DNA from: Candidatus Omnitrophota bacterium
GTDB taxonomy: Bacteria > Omnitrophota > Gorgyraeia > JABMRG01
NCBI GenBank assembly: GCA_030593065.1
Contig: JAUVHV010000001.1
Span: 145,965 to 209,964 of the forward strand
Reading direction: 5' to 3'
Length of the DNA stretch: 64,000 nt
Positions 36,732-47,108 of this stretch are shown piece after piece. The position numbers and the translations under genes were made by a program. The notes under the pieces are model-generated. The model searched no databases and was not told the DNA's origin. It was given only the letters and a program-made list of their open reading frames with translations. Every line of letters starts with the position of its first letter. The stretch's first letter is position 1.

Positions 36732-36861
36732 CCCTTAAGGCCTTGTTGCATAAAAAACCGATTCTAGCCTTTGAGTTTGTAAAACCCGAGTCTGGAAAGG
36801 CGCCTATTAATAGAACCTTAAATTAAAAATTGATCTCTCAATAAAGTATTCAAAGATCTAG

Positions 36862-37020
36862 GCTGATTATGACAGAATTACACAGGTTGTAAACAATCTT
36901 TCAGGTAACGCGTTAAAATTCACAGCAGAAGGCGGTAACGTAATCGTAAGGCTGCAGGAGAGGGGTAAGGATCTATTAATCTCTGTGCAGGATACGGGTA
37001 TAAGAATGAAGAAGAGAAAA
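36862..37020 (+). pseudogene. Histidine-kinase HATPase_c remnant (N-box to G1-box only)
   Basis: Stop-to-stop frame translates ADYDRITQVVNNLSGNALKFTAEGGNVIVRLQERGKDLLISVQDTGIRM, about 50% identical to the N/G1 region of the kinase at 35216. No upstream HisKA or start codon. Confidence 0.55.
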
Positions 37021-37049
37021 AATAATAATATTGAGGAGACGAATAGTTT

Positions 37050-38735
37050 ATGGAACAGATAAAGCTTATAATAGATGACCTGATAAAAAAGGGTATTATT
37101 GCGGATGATCAACTGAAAGCAGCTCAGGAAGAGTCTAGAAAAAGAGGCCTTGCTATTGACAAAGTGCTGATACAACAAGGCCTTATAAAAGAAGAAGATA
37201 TTGTTAATATTATATCAGAACACATGGGTATTCCTTTTATGAATCTTTCAGATTATCTAATAGATAGTTCAGTCATAGAACTTGTGCCTGAAAGTATTTC
37301 CCAAAAGTATAATCTTATTCCTATCTTTAAGATAGGCCAGACATTAACAGTCGCAATGGCAAATCCGCAGGATATAAATGCCATAGACCAGGTAAGCTTA
37401 AAATCTAAATGTGATGTTGAGCCTGTCCTGGCTACAGAGACAGCAATCAGGAATGCCATAGACCAGTATTATGGTATATCAGGCGGAGTCGATGAAGTAA
37501 TAAAGCAGATGAATGATGCCAAGAAGTCATCCGCGATGGGGGCAGTATCTGATAGGGAGCTTGCAAAGCTTGCGGATAACGCCCCTGTTGTAAAGCTTGT
37601 TAACATGATTATAATGCAGGCTGTAAAAGATAAGGCAAGTGATATACACATTGAACCTGATGAGAAGATTTTGAGGGTAAGGTACAGAGTTGATGGCATT
37701 CTGCATGAAGGCCCAAAACCGCCAAAGGATCTTGAGGCAGCAATTATATCGCGCGTTAAAGTGCTTGCGTCAATGGATATTGCTGAACGCAGAAAACCTC
37801 AGGATGGCAGGATTATGCTTAAGATGCGGGGCAAAGAGATAGACCTAAGGGTGTCAAGTTTTCCTACTGTGTATGGTGAAAATATAGTTATAAGGCTCCT
37901 TGATAAAACCAGTGTAATGTTAGGCCTTGCTGAACTTGGCATGGATAAAGAGACACTTAAATCATTCAATACTATAATAAGAAAGCCTTTTGGCATAATA
38001 TTAGTTACAGGCCCAACAGGAAGTGGAAAGACCACAACTCTATACGCTTCTCTTTCTACAATAAATTCCCAGGAGAAGAATATAATTACAATTGAGGATC
38101 CTGTAGAGTATCAGATACCAATGATACGCCAGACGCAGATAAACCCAAAGGCCGGGCTTACTTTTGCGTCAGGCCTGCGCAGTATGCTGAGACAGGACCC
38201 GGATATTATAATGGTAGGTGAAATAAGGGACTCAGAGACAGCTGAGATAGCAACTCAGGCAGCATTGACAGGGCATCTGGTATTCTCTACACTCCATACA
38301 AACGATTCCGCGGGAGCAATAATACGTTTGATAGATATGGGCATTGAACCATTTTTGGTATCTGATTCTGTAATAGCTATATTAGCTCAGAGGCTTGTAA
38401 GGATAGTCTGCCCTAAATGCAAGGAAAAGATTGCTCCTACAGATGAGATGCTTAAGGATTTAGAATTAGAAAGATCAGGCAATATAAACATATACCGCGG
38501 AAAAGGCTGCCAAAAATGCAAAGATACAGGTTATATCGGGCGGGCGGGCCTTTACGAACTACTGGTTATAAATGATGAGATAAAGAAACTTATCATAGAG
38601 AAGGCATCCGCGGATAAGATAAAGGCTAAAGCCATAGAGGCAGGCATGAAGACGCTATATGATGATGGTATAGCAAAGGCCTTATCAGGTATTACCAGCA
38701 TAGAAGAGGTGCTTCGTGTTGCTCGTGAAGAATAG
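37050..38735 (+). CDS. Type IV pilus / type II secretion ATPase (PilB/GspE family)
   Basis: N-terminal T2SSE_N-like domain, Walker A GPTGSGKTTTLY, Asp box, Walker B, His box, and a tetracysteine motif (CPKC...CQKC). Confidence 0.85.
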   Translation: MEQIKLIIDDLIKKGIIADDQLKAAQEESRKRGLAIDKVLIQQGLIKEEDIVNIISEHMGIPFMNLSDYLIDSSVIELVPESISQKYNLIPIFKIGQTLTVAMANPQDINAIDQVSLKSKCDVEPVLATETAIRNAIDQYYGISGGVDEVIKQMNDAKKSSAMGAVSDRELAKLADNAPVVKLVNMIIMQAVKDKASDIHIEPDEKILRVRYRVDGILHEGPKPPKDLEAAIISRVKVLASMDIAERRKPQDGRIMLKMRGKEIDLRVSSFPTVYGENIVIRLLDKTSVMLGLAELGMDKETLKSFNTIIRKPFGIILVTGPTGSGKTTTLYASLSTINSQEKNIITIEDPVEYQIPMIRQTQINPKAGLTFASGLRSMLRQDPDIIMVGEIRDSETAEIATQAALTGHLVFSTLHTNDSAGAIIRLIDMGIEPFLVSDSVIAILAQRLVRIVCPKCKEKIAPTDEMLKDLELERSGNINIYRGKGCQKCKDTGYIGRAGLYELLVINDEIKKLIIEKASADKIKAKAIEAGMKTLYDDGIAKALSGITSIEEVLRVAREE

Positions 38736-39489
38736 AGCCCAGATATTGATTCCCGTTATAATGCTTATAATCATTGCTGTTATACTGATATCAGGAATAG
38801 TTATATTTTTAAGCCAAATGATAAATCTGAATCTCGCGAGATCAGAACTCACAAAGGCTGTATATGCCGCGCAGGCAGGCGCGTATAAAGCGATAGTTGA
38901 TTATAAAAATACCGGTTCAATTACCGCTGAAACAGACACTCAGATTGCGGACAATACGTACTATTCTATAGGTGGCGCCGGAATGTTCTTTCTTACAGAT
39001 TGCAGTAATCCGAGGATAAATGCAAATCGAAAATTAATAGATATTACTATGGCCAATGTAAACAGCATAGACTCTATTACAATAACTCATATGCAGGTAA
39101 GCTGGGCACCTGATGGCGGTGAGAATCTAATATCAATAGATCTAGGCCGTGGTACTAGTGAATGGAGCGGGATCGCTCAAAGCGGAACTAATATTGATAT
39201 GGCCGATTATACGATACCTGCAGGCACTACAGAGAATGATGTTTGGCTTGATTGGGAAGTTGGTACTGATATTACTAATATGACAATCACCGCGGTTCTT
39301 ACATTCAGTGACGCGAGTACACTTGAGATTACATTATTAGATGAAGGCCTTGGAGCAAGCAAAGCGATTGTTATTACCTCGACCGGTAAAATAACAGCGC
39401 GGAAGACATGGAGACGCACTATAAAAGCTGGTTACGATACTGGAACAGATGAGATAATATCATGGAATGAGGCAACAGGCCACCTGTGA
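38716..39489 (+). CDS. Hypothetical pilus-associated protein (PilX-like N-terminal TM)
   Basis: Single N-terminal TM followed by AQAGAYKAIVDY resembling PilX-family minor pilins. Start codon uncertain (GTG 38716 / ATG 38761). Overlaps the PilB stop. Confidence 0.3.
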   Translation: MLLVKNRAQILIPVIMLIIIAVILISGIVIFLSQMINLNLARSELTKAVYAAQAGAYKAIVDYKNTGSITAETDTQIADNTYYSIGGAGMFFLTDCSNPRINANRKLIDITMANVNSIDSITITHMQVSWAPDGGENLISIDLGRGTSEWSGIAQSGTNIDMADYTIPAGTTENDVWLDWEVGTDITNMTITAVLTFSDASTLEITLLDEGLGASKAIVITSTGKITARKTWRRTIKAGYDTGTDEIISWNEATGHL

Positions 39490-40244
39490 AAGCTTTCACA
39501 TTAATAGAGATAATTATAACTATTCTGATAGTTGCTATATTTATAGCTGCTACAGCGCTTATTTTGCAGCAGGCTGTGACAGGCCTGGTCTTTTCCAGTG
39601 ACACAGTAAAGGCATTAAATTTAGCACGCCTTGAGATGTCGAAGATAAACAACCTTTCTTATACAGATGTTACACTTGTGGACGGATATAACATTACAAT
39701 ACCTGGTTATGAAGGCTCTGGGTATGACTTAAACAGAAGTGTAAGTCATGTCGCGGACACAAACGAAGCCATAAAGAAGGTAGTTGTGTCAGTATATCTA
39801 GCTGGTACAATAGATATTCTCTCAAAGCTTGTTACCTATGCAGCAGATATAGATTTTGGGCCAGGAAGCGGTGGGAATACCCCCGGAACCGAAGCAGGCC
39901 AGGCAAACTCACTCTCTGTTTCAGGAGGAACTGTATCAGGAAAATTGTTCCAGAATGTGACTTTAGAGAACACATCAGCAGATGTTATTACAATAACAGC
40001 TGTGGCAGTATCATTCGCAGGCCAACCAGGTATCAAGATAAAACAGGTTGATATGAATGGTACTACAAGGTGGAGCGGGACCAAGCTTTCAGGTGTTCTC
40101 CTTTCACTCAACCCCAGTTTTTCTTTAAGCGCGTATACGACATACAGTAATACAACGCATTTTACATTCAGCAAGAATTTAACCAGTGTAACGACCATTG
40201 TGTTTACAATGTCTGATGATTCAACAAAGGCCTATATGCCGTAA
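39486..40244 (+). CDS. Prepilin-type N-terminal cleavage/methylation domain protein (pseudopilin)
   Basis: MKAFTLIEIIITILIV class III signal-like N-terminus. Confidence 0.5.
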   Translation: MKAFTLIEIIITILIVAIFIAATALILQQAVTGLVFSSDTVKALNLARLEMSKINNLSYTDVTLVDGYNITIPGYEGSGYDLNRSVSHVADTNEAIKKVVVSVYLAGTIDILSKLVTYAADIDFGPGSGGNTPGTEAGQANSLSVSGGTVSGKLFQNVTLENTSADVITITAVAVSFAGQPGIKIKQVDMNGTTRWSGTKLSGVLLSLNPSFSLSAYTTYSNTTHFTFSKNLTSVTTIVFTMSDDSTKAYMP

Positions 40245-40256
40245 AGATTATATCTT

Positions 40257-40838
40257 ATGCTATGTATTCTCAATAGAAAAAAATCATTCTCTCTTATAGA
40301 AGTTGTAATTACCATATTAGTGCTTACTGTTATAGGCGCGACTACTGCCGCGTTCTTTATGCCTATGATAAATTTATTCTTCTATTCACCAAGCCAGCTT
40401 ACGGTGAACAATACAGCACAGGAATTGCTGAACATCCTTATAGAAGGTGATAACCAGGCAAAGGGTTTAAGGTTTACAAAGTCTATAACAAGCGCGGACA
40501 AAGATGACATAACTTTTATAAACCAGGATAATGATACAGTAAGATACCGTTGGGACTCTCTTACTAATAGAATATATAGAAAAATAAACAGTCAAGCTGA
40601 AACATTAGTACCCAGCAGCTACTATGGCGATATAACAGTAAAAGGAGAACCCTCAGATTCTGAGGTATTTCAGTATTATGATGCTACGCTATCTAAGCTT
40701 TCGGTTCCTGTGGCAGATGAAACAGGTATAGAAACTATAAGAATAGATCTTATCTTTAAAGCAGGTTCAGGGAATGTAAAAGAAAATAAAGGAAAGATTA
40801 GTGTAAAAGCAGGGGTGGACATAAAGCAGTTTGGGTAG
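40257..40838 (+). CDS. Prepilin-type N-terminal domain protein (pseudopilin)
   Basis: KKSFSLIEVVITILVL N-terminus. Confidence 0.5.
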   Translation: MLCILNRKKSFSLIEVVITILVLTVIGATTAAFFMPMINLFFYSPSQLTVNNTAQELLNILIEGDNQAKGLRFTKSITSADKDDITFINQDNDTVRYRWDSLTNRIYRKINSQAETLVPSSYYGDITVKGEPSDSEVFQYYDATLSKLSVPVADETGIETIRIDLIFKAGSGNVKENKGKISVKAGVDIKQFG

Positions 40839-40887
40839 TCCTAGATACTGCACCCAGCATCTAGTATCCAAGATAGGAGTATTAGTT

Positions 40888-42099
40888 ATGCCGACATATA
40901 AATATCGAGTAAGGGATAAGCATGGGCGTGCTGTATCAGGTATAATGGGTGGAGCTACTGAGAAAGAGGCAGTAGAAAGCTTAAAAAAGATGGGTTATAC
41001 GCCAATAAGCATGAAAGAGCAAAAGCCAAGCAGAAATATACTGAATATAGAGCTTTTTAACCCCGTAAAAGCAGAAGATAAGGTCTTATTTACCAGGCAG
41101 ATGTATACCCTGCTTAAGGCAGGCGTACCTATGTTAACAGGGCTTGAAGCTGTTGGCGAGCAGACAGATTCAAAAGTATTAAAAGATAAGATATTAAAGA
41201 TAAAGGCTGATGTAGAGTCTGGAACAAGTTTTTCAGATTCTTTAGCAAAATATCCAAAGATATTTCCAGCATTATATGTAAGCATGGTTAAGTCTGGCGA
41301 AGCATCCGGAAAACTGGATGAGATTATGAAGAGTTTGGCAGAGATGGGTGAGTATGATATGGATATAAGCTCAAAGATAAAGTCTGCAACTCGTTATCCT
41401 ATGCTTGCTCTGGGAACATTGGTAGTCGCGTTCTTTGTAATTGTGCTTTTTGTAATACCAAGGTTCACATCCTTTTTTTCAAGTTTTAACATGGAGCTTC
41501 CGCTTCCAACGCGCATTCTATTTGGATTATACAGAATAATACATGGTTATTGGTACTGGAGCTTATTGGGTATTATTGGTATTTGCGTGGGGTTTGTAAA
41601 ATTTATTAATACGTCTTTTGGCAGAGAGAGATGGGATATGTTTAAATTAAAGATACCTGTGTTTGGGCCTGTCATATTTAAACTTGCTATGTCACGTTTT
41701 GCAAAGACAACATCTATACTCATTTCAAGCGGCATAGACATGTTAAAGACGCTTGAACTTACAGCGGATACAGCTGGAAATACTATTATAGCAAGGGCTA
41801 TAAGAGACATAAAAGATGGTGTAAATCAGGGGCAGGGTTTAGCAGCACCAATGAGAGTAAGCAAGTTTTTCGCTCCTATCGTGATACAGATGGTCTCTAT
41901 TGGTGAGGAGTCAGGAAAACTTGATGAGCTTCTCTTGAGCGCGTCAGAGCATTATGACCAACAGGTAGATTATACTATGAAGAATCTTACAACAATGATT
42001 GAGCCCCTGTTAATATTTGTATTAGGTTTTATGGTATTATTTGTTGCGCTCGGTGTCTTTCTGCCTATGTGGAACATAGTGCAGATTGTAAATCAATAA
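40888..42099 (+). CDS. Type IV pilus / T2SS platform protein (PilC/GspF family)
   Basis: Two GspF-type repeats, three TM segments. Start at ATG 40888 (MPTYKYRVRDKHGR). The ORF-track 5' extension from 40831 is unlikely to be coding. Confidence 0.8.
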   Translation: MPTYKYRVRDKHGRAVSGIMGGATEKEAVESLKKMGYTPISMKEQKPSRNILNIELFNPVKAEDKVLFTRQMYTLLKAGVPMLTGLEAVGEQTDSKVLKDKILKIKADVESGTSFSDSLAKYPKIFPALYVSMVKSGEASGKLDEIMKSLAEMGEYDMDISSKIKSATRYPMLALGTLVVAFFVIVLFVIPRFTSFFSSFNMELPLPTRILFGLYRIIHGYWYWSLLGIIGICVGFVKFINTSFGRERWDMFKLKIPVFGPVIFKLAMSRFAKTTSILISSGIDMLKTLELTADTAGNTIIARAIRDIKDGVNQGQGLAAPMRVSKFFAPIVIQMVSIGEESGKLDELLLSASEHYDQQVDYTMKNLTTMIEPLLIFVLGFMVLFVALGVFLPMWNIVQIVNQ

Positions 42100-42114
42100 G
42101 ATGCTGGAGAAGTA

Positions 42115-42510
42115 ATGGCGAGAGGCAGTAATGAAAAAGCAAGGTCGCTGGTTGAACTCATAATAACGTGGATTGCGATATTTATAATTATAGGGTTTCT
42201 TATCACGCGGGCAAGCATTCTTTTGACAAGCGCAAAAAAAGCAATACTTACAAATGAATTGAGCAACATAAGGCTTGCCGTCTCTTTGTACCATATATTG
42301 CATAAAACCTACCCAGATAATATTGAGATGCTTATAGACAAGACCTATAAGATACATGCACGCAAGGGGCGTGTATTAAAAGGCACATTTCTTAACCGCC
42401 TAAAACACGATAAGCAGGGAAGGCTAAAAGACCCTTTTGGCAATATTTATCTTTACAATCCGCAGACAGGTATGGTAAAATCGCAAACAGATAGTTATAA
42501 AGATTTGTAA
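42115..42510 (+). CDS. Pilin-like / pseudopilin-like small protein (non-canonical leader)
   Basis: SLVELIITWIAIFIIIGF hydrophobic N-terminus resembling a prepilin helix but lacking the G-F cleavage motif. Confidence 0.3.
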   Translation: MARGSNEKARSLVELIITWIAIFIIIGFLITRASILLTSAKKAILTNELSNIRLAVSLYHILHKTYPDNIEMLIDKTYKIHARKGRVLKGTFLNRLKHDKQGRLKDPFGNIYLYNPQTGMVKSQTDSYKDL

Positions 42511-42526
42511 AAGGAGGGGCATTATT

Positions 42527-42940
42527 ATGAGGGAAAAAGGTTTTACATTAATTGAGCTTGTTATGGTTATTGTGATCCTTGGTATTCTCGCAGCAGTGGC
42601 TCTACCGAAATTTATCGACTTAACCAGTAACGCTAAGATTGCCGCTACAAAAGGAGGCCTTGGAGCTGTTCGTTCTTCAGTTGCGATAAAATACGCGAAT
42701 CGTGTCGCGAATGATAGCGGAACGGATTTCCCTACTTTGACCCTTACAGATTTCTTAGGCGCAAAGTATCCTAGAAATGAATTGAATGACAAAACAGATA
42801 TAACATTTGTTTCTACCCCAGTTGCAGGTACAAACACAACAAGTATTACTTACGGTTGGTGGTATATTACAGGTTCAGGTACAGAGGCAGGCCGGTGCGG
42901 CGCGTATTCCGATGGTACAGAGGATGTATCTGAGTGGTAA
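42527..42940 (+). CDS. Type IV major pilin (PilA/GspG-like)
   Basis: MREKGFTLIELVMVIVILGILAAVALP canonical prepilin leader and N-methyl-Phe site. 137 aa. Confidence 0.75.
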   Translation: MREKGFTLIELVMVIVILGILAAVALPKFIDLTSNAKIAATKGGLGAVRSSVAIKYANRVANDSGTDFPTLTLTDFLGAKYPRNELNDKTDITFVSTPVAGTNTTSITYGWWYITGSGTEAGRCGAYSDGTEDVSEW

Positions 42941-43012
42941 TAACCGAATAGAGTGTCTCTTACATCAATATTAGGGGAATGACAAATATGTCATTCCCCT
43001 TTTTTAAATATT

Positions 43013-45391
43013 ATGGAAAAATTTATTTATAAGAATAGATATCTTATCCTGGTATCGTTTATCTTTACAGCATTGCTCTGCATTGTGTTTAAAGATGTTA
43101 TATTCTCAGATTATATCTTTGCAAGAAGGGATATAGCAAGGCTGTATCTTCCTGTAAGGGAGTTTGTGGTAAGCAGCATAAAGAACTTTGAAGCTCCTTT
43201 ATGGAATCCATATGTATTTTGCGGCGCACCTCTGCATGCCTCTATCCACCACGCAGTCTTCTACCCTTTAACGATAATATATTATATAGGTGATTTTACA
43301 AGGGGTTTTAGCTTTTTTATATTATTCCATATATTCTTATGCGGATTATTTACTTATATATTTACACGTTCAATAAGTATATCTAAGCTGGGAAGTTTCT
43401 TAGCTGGTTTTAGTTTTATGTTTAGCGGCTATGTAATGTCAACGATATGTTTAACTACAGTACTAAGTTCTGTAACGTGGTTTCCCCTCGTGCTGTTCTT
43501 ATTTTTAAAATCTTTAAAGAAAAGAACTTTATTCCTCCCTGTTGCCTTAGGAGTGGTTTTGTCTCTTATGTTTATAGCGGGAGACCCGCCAACATTTATT
43601 GTAACCTGCGCGCTATTATTTCTTTATAGCCTTTACCTGATCATAGAGGGGTTTATCAAAAAGAGGGAGTTAGATCTTTTTATTATATACAGTATGTTTG
43701 CGGCATCAGTAGCGTTCCTATTGCTTACCGCATTCCAGATAATCCCCGCGATAGAATACTATTCGCAGACTGTCAGGACCAGCATGTCCTGGCAGGAAGC
43801 CTCAGCATGGAGCCTGCCGTATAATCACATCTTAAGCTTTATAATACCATACTTCAATGAACCTGCTTTTTTCAGCAAAAACTTTTTAGAAGGGCAGAAA
43901 TGGCTCGACAACTATTACCTTGGAATCATAACACTTTTGCTCGCTTCTTTCGCGCTCTTTTATAGCAGGAGAAAAAAAATTACATGGTTTCTCTTCGCAA
44001 TGGGGATATTTTCAATAGCCTTGTCACTTGGAAGATATTTTTTTCTATTTCCGATTTTTTTTAAAGCCTTTCCGGGGTTTAGTTTTATACGCTATCCGGT
44101 AAGGTTTTTATTTATCTTCTCATTCTCAACATGCGTATTATCCGGCATGGGTTTCGACGCGCTAAAGATGTTATTTTGTAAAGGCAGGCCAGAGAAGATA
44201 GGAGGGGCTTTTCTGATAATAGGTTTTTTAACGGCGATTATCGCGATTATATTTATGGCTATTCCGGAAAAGATTATCGCGTTTATAATGCATTATTCAG
44301 GAAAGATGTTTCATTTTGATAGCGGGTTTGTTTACGCGGATTTGTTCAACTTAAGACGATCGCTTTTTTATGTAAGCAGTTTTGGAGTTTTTCTTTTCCT
44401 TTTCTCCAGGATAAAACAGAGAAAACTTATAATTGTCCCTATACTTATCTTAGCTGTATTTGACCTTCTTTTTACAAATACAGATTATAATTTTATTGAA
44501 GACAGAGAATATTTTAAGCGGCCCACAAAAAACATAAGTTTTCTTTTGCGGGATAAATCTATTTTTAGGATATTTCCTTCTCCATACTCATATGATATGT
44601 TCTCTGTGATACGTGGCGAGTCATTACATAAGGCTGTAGAGACGTCCAAAGACCTGCTTGCCAACAATCAAATGATGCAATTTGGTATTTCAGACGCTTG
44701 GGGTTATGATTCAAGCAAACTTAGTTCCAATAACGAGATGGTAAAGCTTATATATCTTTCTAAGCTTCCTAACGATACAAATCTTCTTAATCTATTAAAT
44801 GTAAAATATATATCATCGCATGGAGATCTAAGCGCCTATGGGTACAAGAAGGTAAGTACCACAGAAAAGTCTACCATCTATCAGAATATACGATATCTTC
44901 CAAGGGCTATGCTGCTCAGGAACATTCTCTCCTTCGACAATGATAATGATATGTTAGATTATATGAGCACGCGTAAATTTAACCCCAAGAAAGAAGTCCT
45001 GTTAAAAGAGGACATTATCTTATCCGGTTCTTTTGACAGGAATATAAGAAAGGACACCCTCTCTATAACAGAATATAGCCCAAGAAGAATAGCAATAGAT
45101 GTATCCGCGAAAACAGACGCTGTTTTGCTTTTAAGCGATACCTATTATACAGGGTGGAAGGTTTATTTAGATGGGGTAAATGAAAAGATATATTGCGCAG
45201 ACTTCTTTTTACGTGCTGTTTTAATACCCGCGGGAAAACACAAAGTTGAGTTTGTATATGACCCATGGAGTTTTAAGATAGGGTCTATAATCAGTTCTAT
45301 CAGCTTGTTATTACTTATACTATATATAGCTATATCGGTTTTAAGGTTGACCAGTAAAAAATTATTAAGTATAATAAACAAAAGATGTTGA
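43013..45391 (+). CDS. Large polytopic membrane protein, YfhO-like / GT-C-like (candidate pilin glycosyltransferase)
   Basis: 792 aa, over 12 predicted TM helices, large C-terminal soluble domain. Located immediately downstream of the major pilin gene. Confidence 0.35.
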   Translation: MEKFIYKNRYLILVSFIFTALLCIVFKDVIFSDYIFARRDIARLYLPVREFVVSSIKNFEAPLWNPYVFCGAPLHASIHHAVFYPLTIIYYIGDFTRGFSFFILFHIFLCGLFTYIFTRSISISKLGSFLAGFSFMFSGYVMSTICLTTVLSSVTWFPLVLFLFLKSLKKRTLFLPVALGVVLSLMFIAGDPPTFIVTCALLFLYSLYLIIEGFIKKRELDLFIIYSMFAASVAFLLLTAFQIIPAIEYYSQTVRTSMSWQEASAWSLPYNHILSFIIPYFNEPAFFSKNFLEGQKWLDNYYLGIITLLLASFALFYSRRKKITWFLFAMGIFSIALSLGRYFFLFPIFFKAFPGFSFIRYPVRFLFIFSFSTCVLSGMGFDALKMLFCKGRPEKIGGAFLIIGFLTAIIAIIFMAIPEKIIAFIMHYSGKMFHFDSGFVYADLFNLRRSLFYVSSFGVFLFLFSRIKQRKLIIVPILILAVFDLLFTNTDYNFIEDREYFKRPTKNISFLLRDKSIFRIFPSPYSYDMFSVIRGESLHKAVETSKDLLANNQMMQFGISDAWGYDSSKLSSNNEMVKLIYLSKLPNDTNLLNLLNVKYISSHGDLSAYGYKKVSTTEKSTIYQNIRYLPRAMLLRNILSFDNDNDMLDYMSTRKFNPKKEVLLKEDIILSGSFDRNIRKDTLSITEYSPRRIAIDVSAKTDAVLLLSDTYYTGWKVYLDGVNEKIYCADFFLRAVLIPAGKHKVEFVYDPWSFKIGSIISSISLLLLILYIAISVLRLTSKKLLSIINKRC

Positions 45392-45458
45392 AGCAGATTT
45401 TATGGCCTATTATGTGTATGGCATGCCGGTACTGAAAGGTATAAATTAATATTCTATT

Positions 45459-47108
45459 ATGGAAAACATATTTTACGTTATAAGCAGATTATGTTCTAAG
45501 TTTGCTCCTCTGCCATTATCTCTCGGTATAGAGATAAGCTCCAACTCTATCAAGACAGCATTGGTAAAACAGGATTCCCACGGCTCAGCTTCTCTTATAG
45601 ATTACGAAATAACGCAGGTAAACAATAAAGATAATGCCCCAATCATATTTAAAGAGATATTAAAGTCTAAAGGTATCTCATCATCAGTTAATGTAAAGTT
45701 TGTCGTCTCGGGAGCTGATGTGGATTCCAAAAGGGCAAAACTTTCCTCCATGCCGGAAGAGGAGATAGCCGCGGCGTTAAGATGGCAGGCTAAAGAACAT
45801 TTTCTCTTTAACATAGATGAGTCTATGCTTGATTTTGAAGTGCTGAGATTAGCAGAGAAACAGGATGGTTCAGGCGGAGTTGAGGTTATAGCCAATATAG
45901 CAAAGAATGAAATCATAGATAGCAGAATATCACTATTAAAAAATACAGGTATTGTCCCCTCTGTTATCATACCTGTTGCTTATGGTTTGCGTAATATTTA
46001 CAATATCTCAAATATGCAGGACGGAGATAATCCGGTAGCAATTATAGATATAGGTGCTGATACAACTACTATTGTAATAATAAAAGATAAGAATATAAGG
46101 TTTATAAGGCAGATAAGCTGTGCCGGAGGTGACTGCACAAAGGCTATGTCCGGCGCATTTGTTTCGGGTAAAGGAAGAATAGAACTTTCTCCTGAGAAAG
46201 CTGAAGCATTTAAAAAAGAATTTGGAATTCCAAATTGTTCTGAAGGAGAGCTTAAGGACGGGGTATCTGCCGCACAAATTGCTTCTATGCTGAGGCCTGT
46301 GCTTGAGAAGCTTGGTAACAATATAAGGCGTTCATTCGATTACTATATAAGCCAGTTTCAAGAAGAAAATATATCAAAAATATACATAAGCGGCGGAACG
46401 TCCAGCATGAAGAATATAGAATCTCAACTCTTTAAGATGTTATCTGTGCCTGTTGAGAAACTTAATGTTCCAAAGAGCATAAAACTAAAAATTCCAAAAG
46501 AAAAGGTTAAAAACCTTAATGATGATTTTGCGTTTATAGCGCCTGCTATTGGAGCTGCTTTGCACAATATTGAAGGATTAAATCTTATTCCTTTAATATA
46601 TAAAAAAGATAAAATAAGGAAGATCGAGAAGATTTCCGCAAGGCTGGCGTTTATATTTATTGTAATGCTGTTATCCGTATTTTATCTTTTTAATCTTGGC
46701 CATGAAGGGGTATTAGTGAAGATATTAAATGCACAGCGCCCACAATGGCAGAAGCTACAGGAAGTGCGGGAGCTTCACGCGCGGATAACTCAGAAGAATG
46801 CAATAATGAACCAAACGCTAAAGAGGCAAATACCTTTATATTATCTATTTAAAGCGTTGGCTAACGCAATACCAAGAGAGATTTATCTGCGCGATCTTAG
46901 CATAGAAGAGCAAGCTACCAGTATGAGCATGGAAGGGATTGTCGTGGAGACAAGCGAGCTAGCAGAGATTACATTGTCAAAATTCATAAAGTCTTTGGAA
47001 GATTCTATATTTTTTCACGATGTTTTATTAGGTTCAACCCAGGATGTGGAGATATCAGGCAGACAGGCGTTAGAGTTTAAGATAAGCTGTGGATTGGGAA
47101 GAGGTTAG
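45459..47108 (+). CDS. PilM-PilN fusion (type IV pilus assembly)
   Basis: N-terminal actin-like PilM (LGIEISSNSIKTALVK). At about aa 370, LNLIPLIYKKDK (PilN INLLP-like) is followed by a TM helix. Confidence 0.6.
   Translation: MENIFYVISRLCSKFAPLPLSLGIEISSNSIKTALVKQDSHGSASLIDYEITQVNNKDNAPIIFKEILKSKGISSSVNVKFVVSGADVDSKRAKLSSMPEEEIAAALRWQAKEHFLFNIDESMLDFEVLRLAEKQDGSGGVEVIANIAKNEIIDSRISLLKNTGIVPSVIIPVAYGLRNIYNISNMQDGDNPVAIIDIGADTTTIVIIKDKNIRFIRQISCAGGDCTKAMSGAFVSGKGRIELSPEKAEAFKKEFGIPNCSEGELKDGVSAAQIASMLRPVLEKLGNNIRRSFDYYISQFQEENISKIYISGGTSSMKNIESQLFKMLSVPVEKLNVPKSIKLKIPKEKVKNLNDDFAFIAPAIGAALHNIEGLNLIPLIYKKDKIRKIEKISARLAFIFIVMLLSVFYLFNLGHEGVLVKILNAQRPQWQKLQEVRELHARITQKNAIMNQTLKRQIPLYYLFKALANAIPREIYLRDLSIEEQATSMSMEGIVVETSELAEITLSKFIKSLEDSIFFHDVLLGSTQDVEISGRQALEFKISCGLGRG

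Noticed and set aside
36197-36751. 184-aa minus-strand ORF
   Set aside because: Antisense to the PAS kinase / response regulator genes. Ser/Phe-rich low-complexity.
40831-40887. 5' extension of the pilC ORF
   Set aside because: No RBS. The conserved PilC N-terminus begins at the ATG at 40888.
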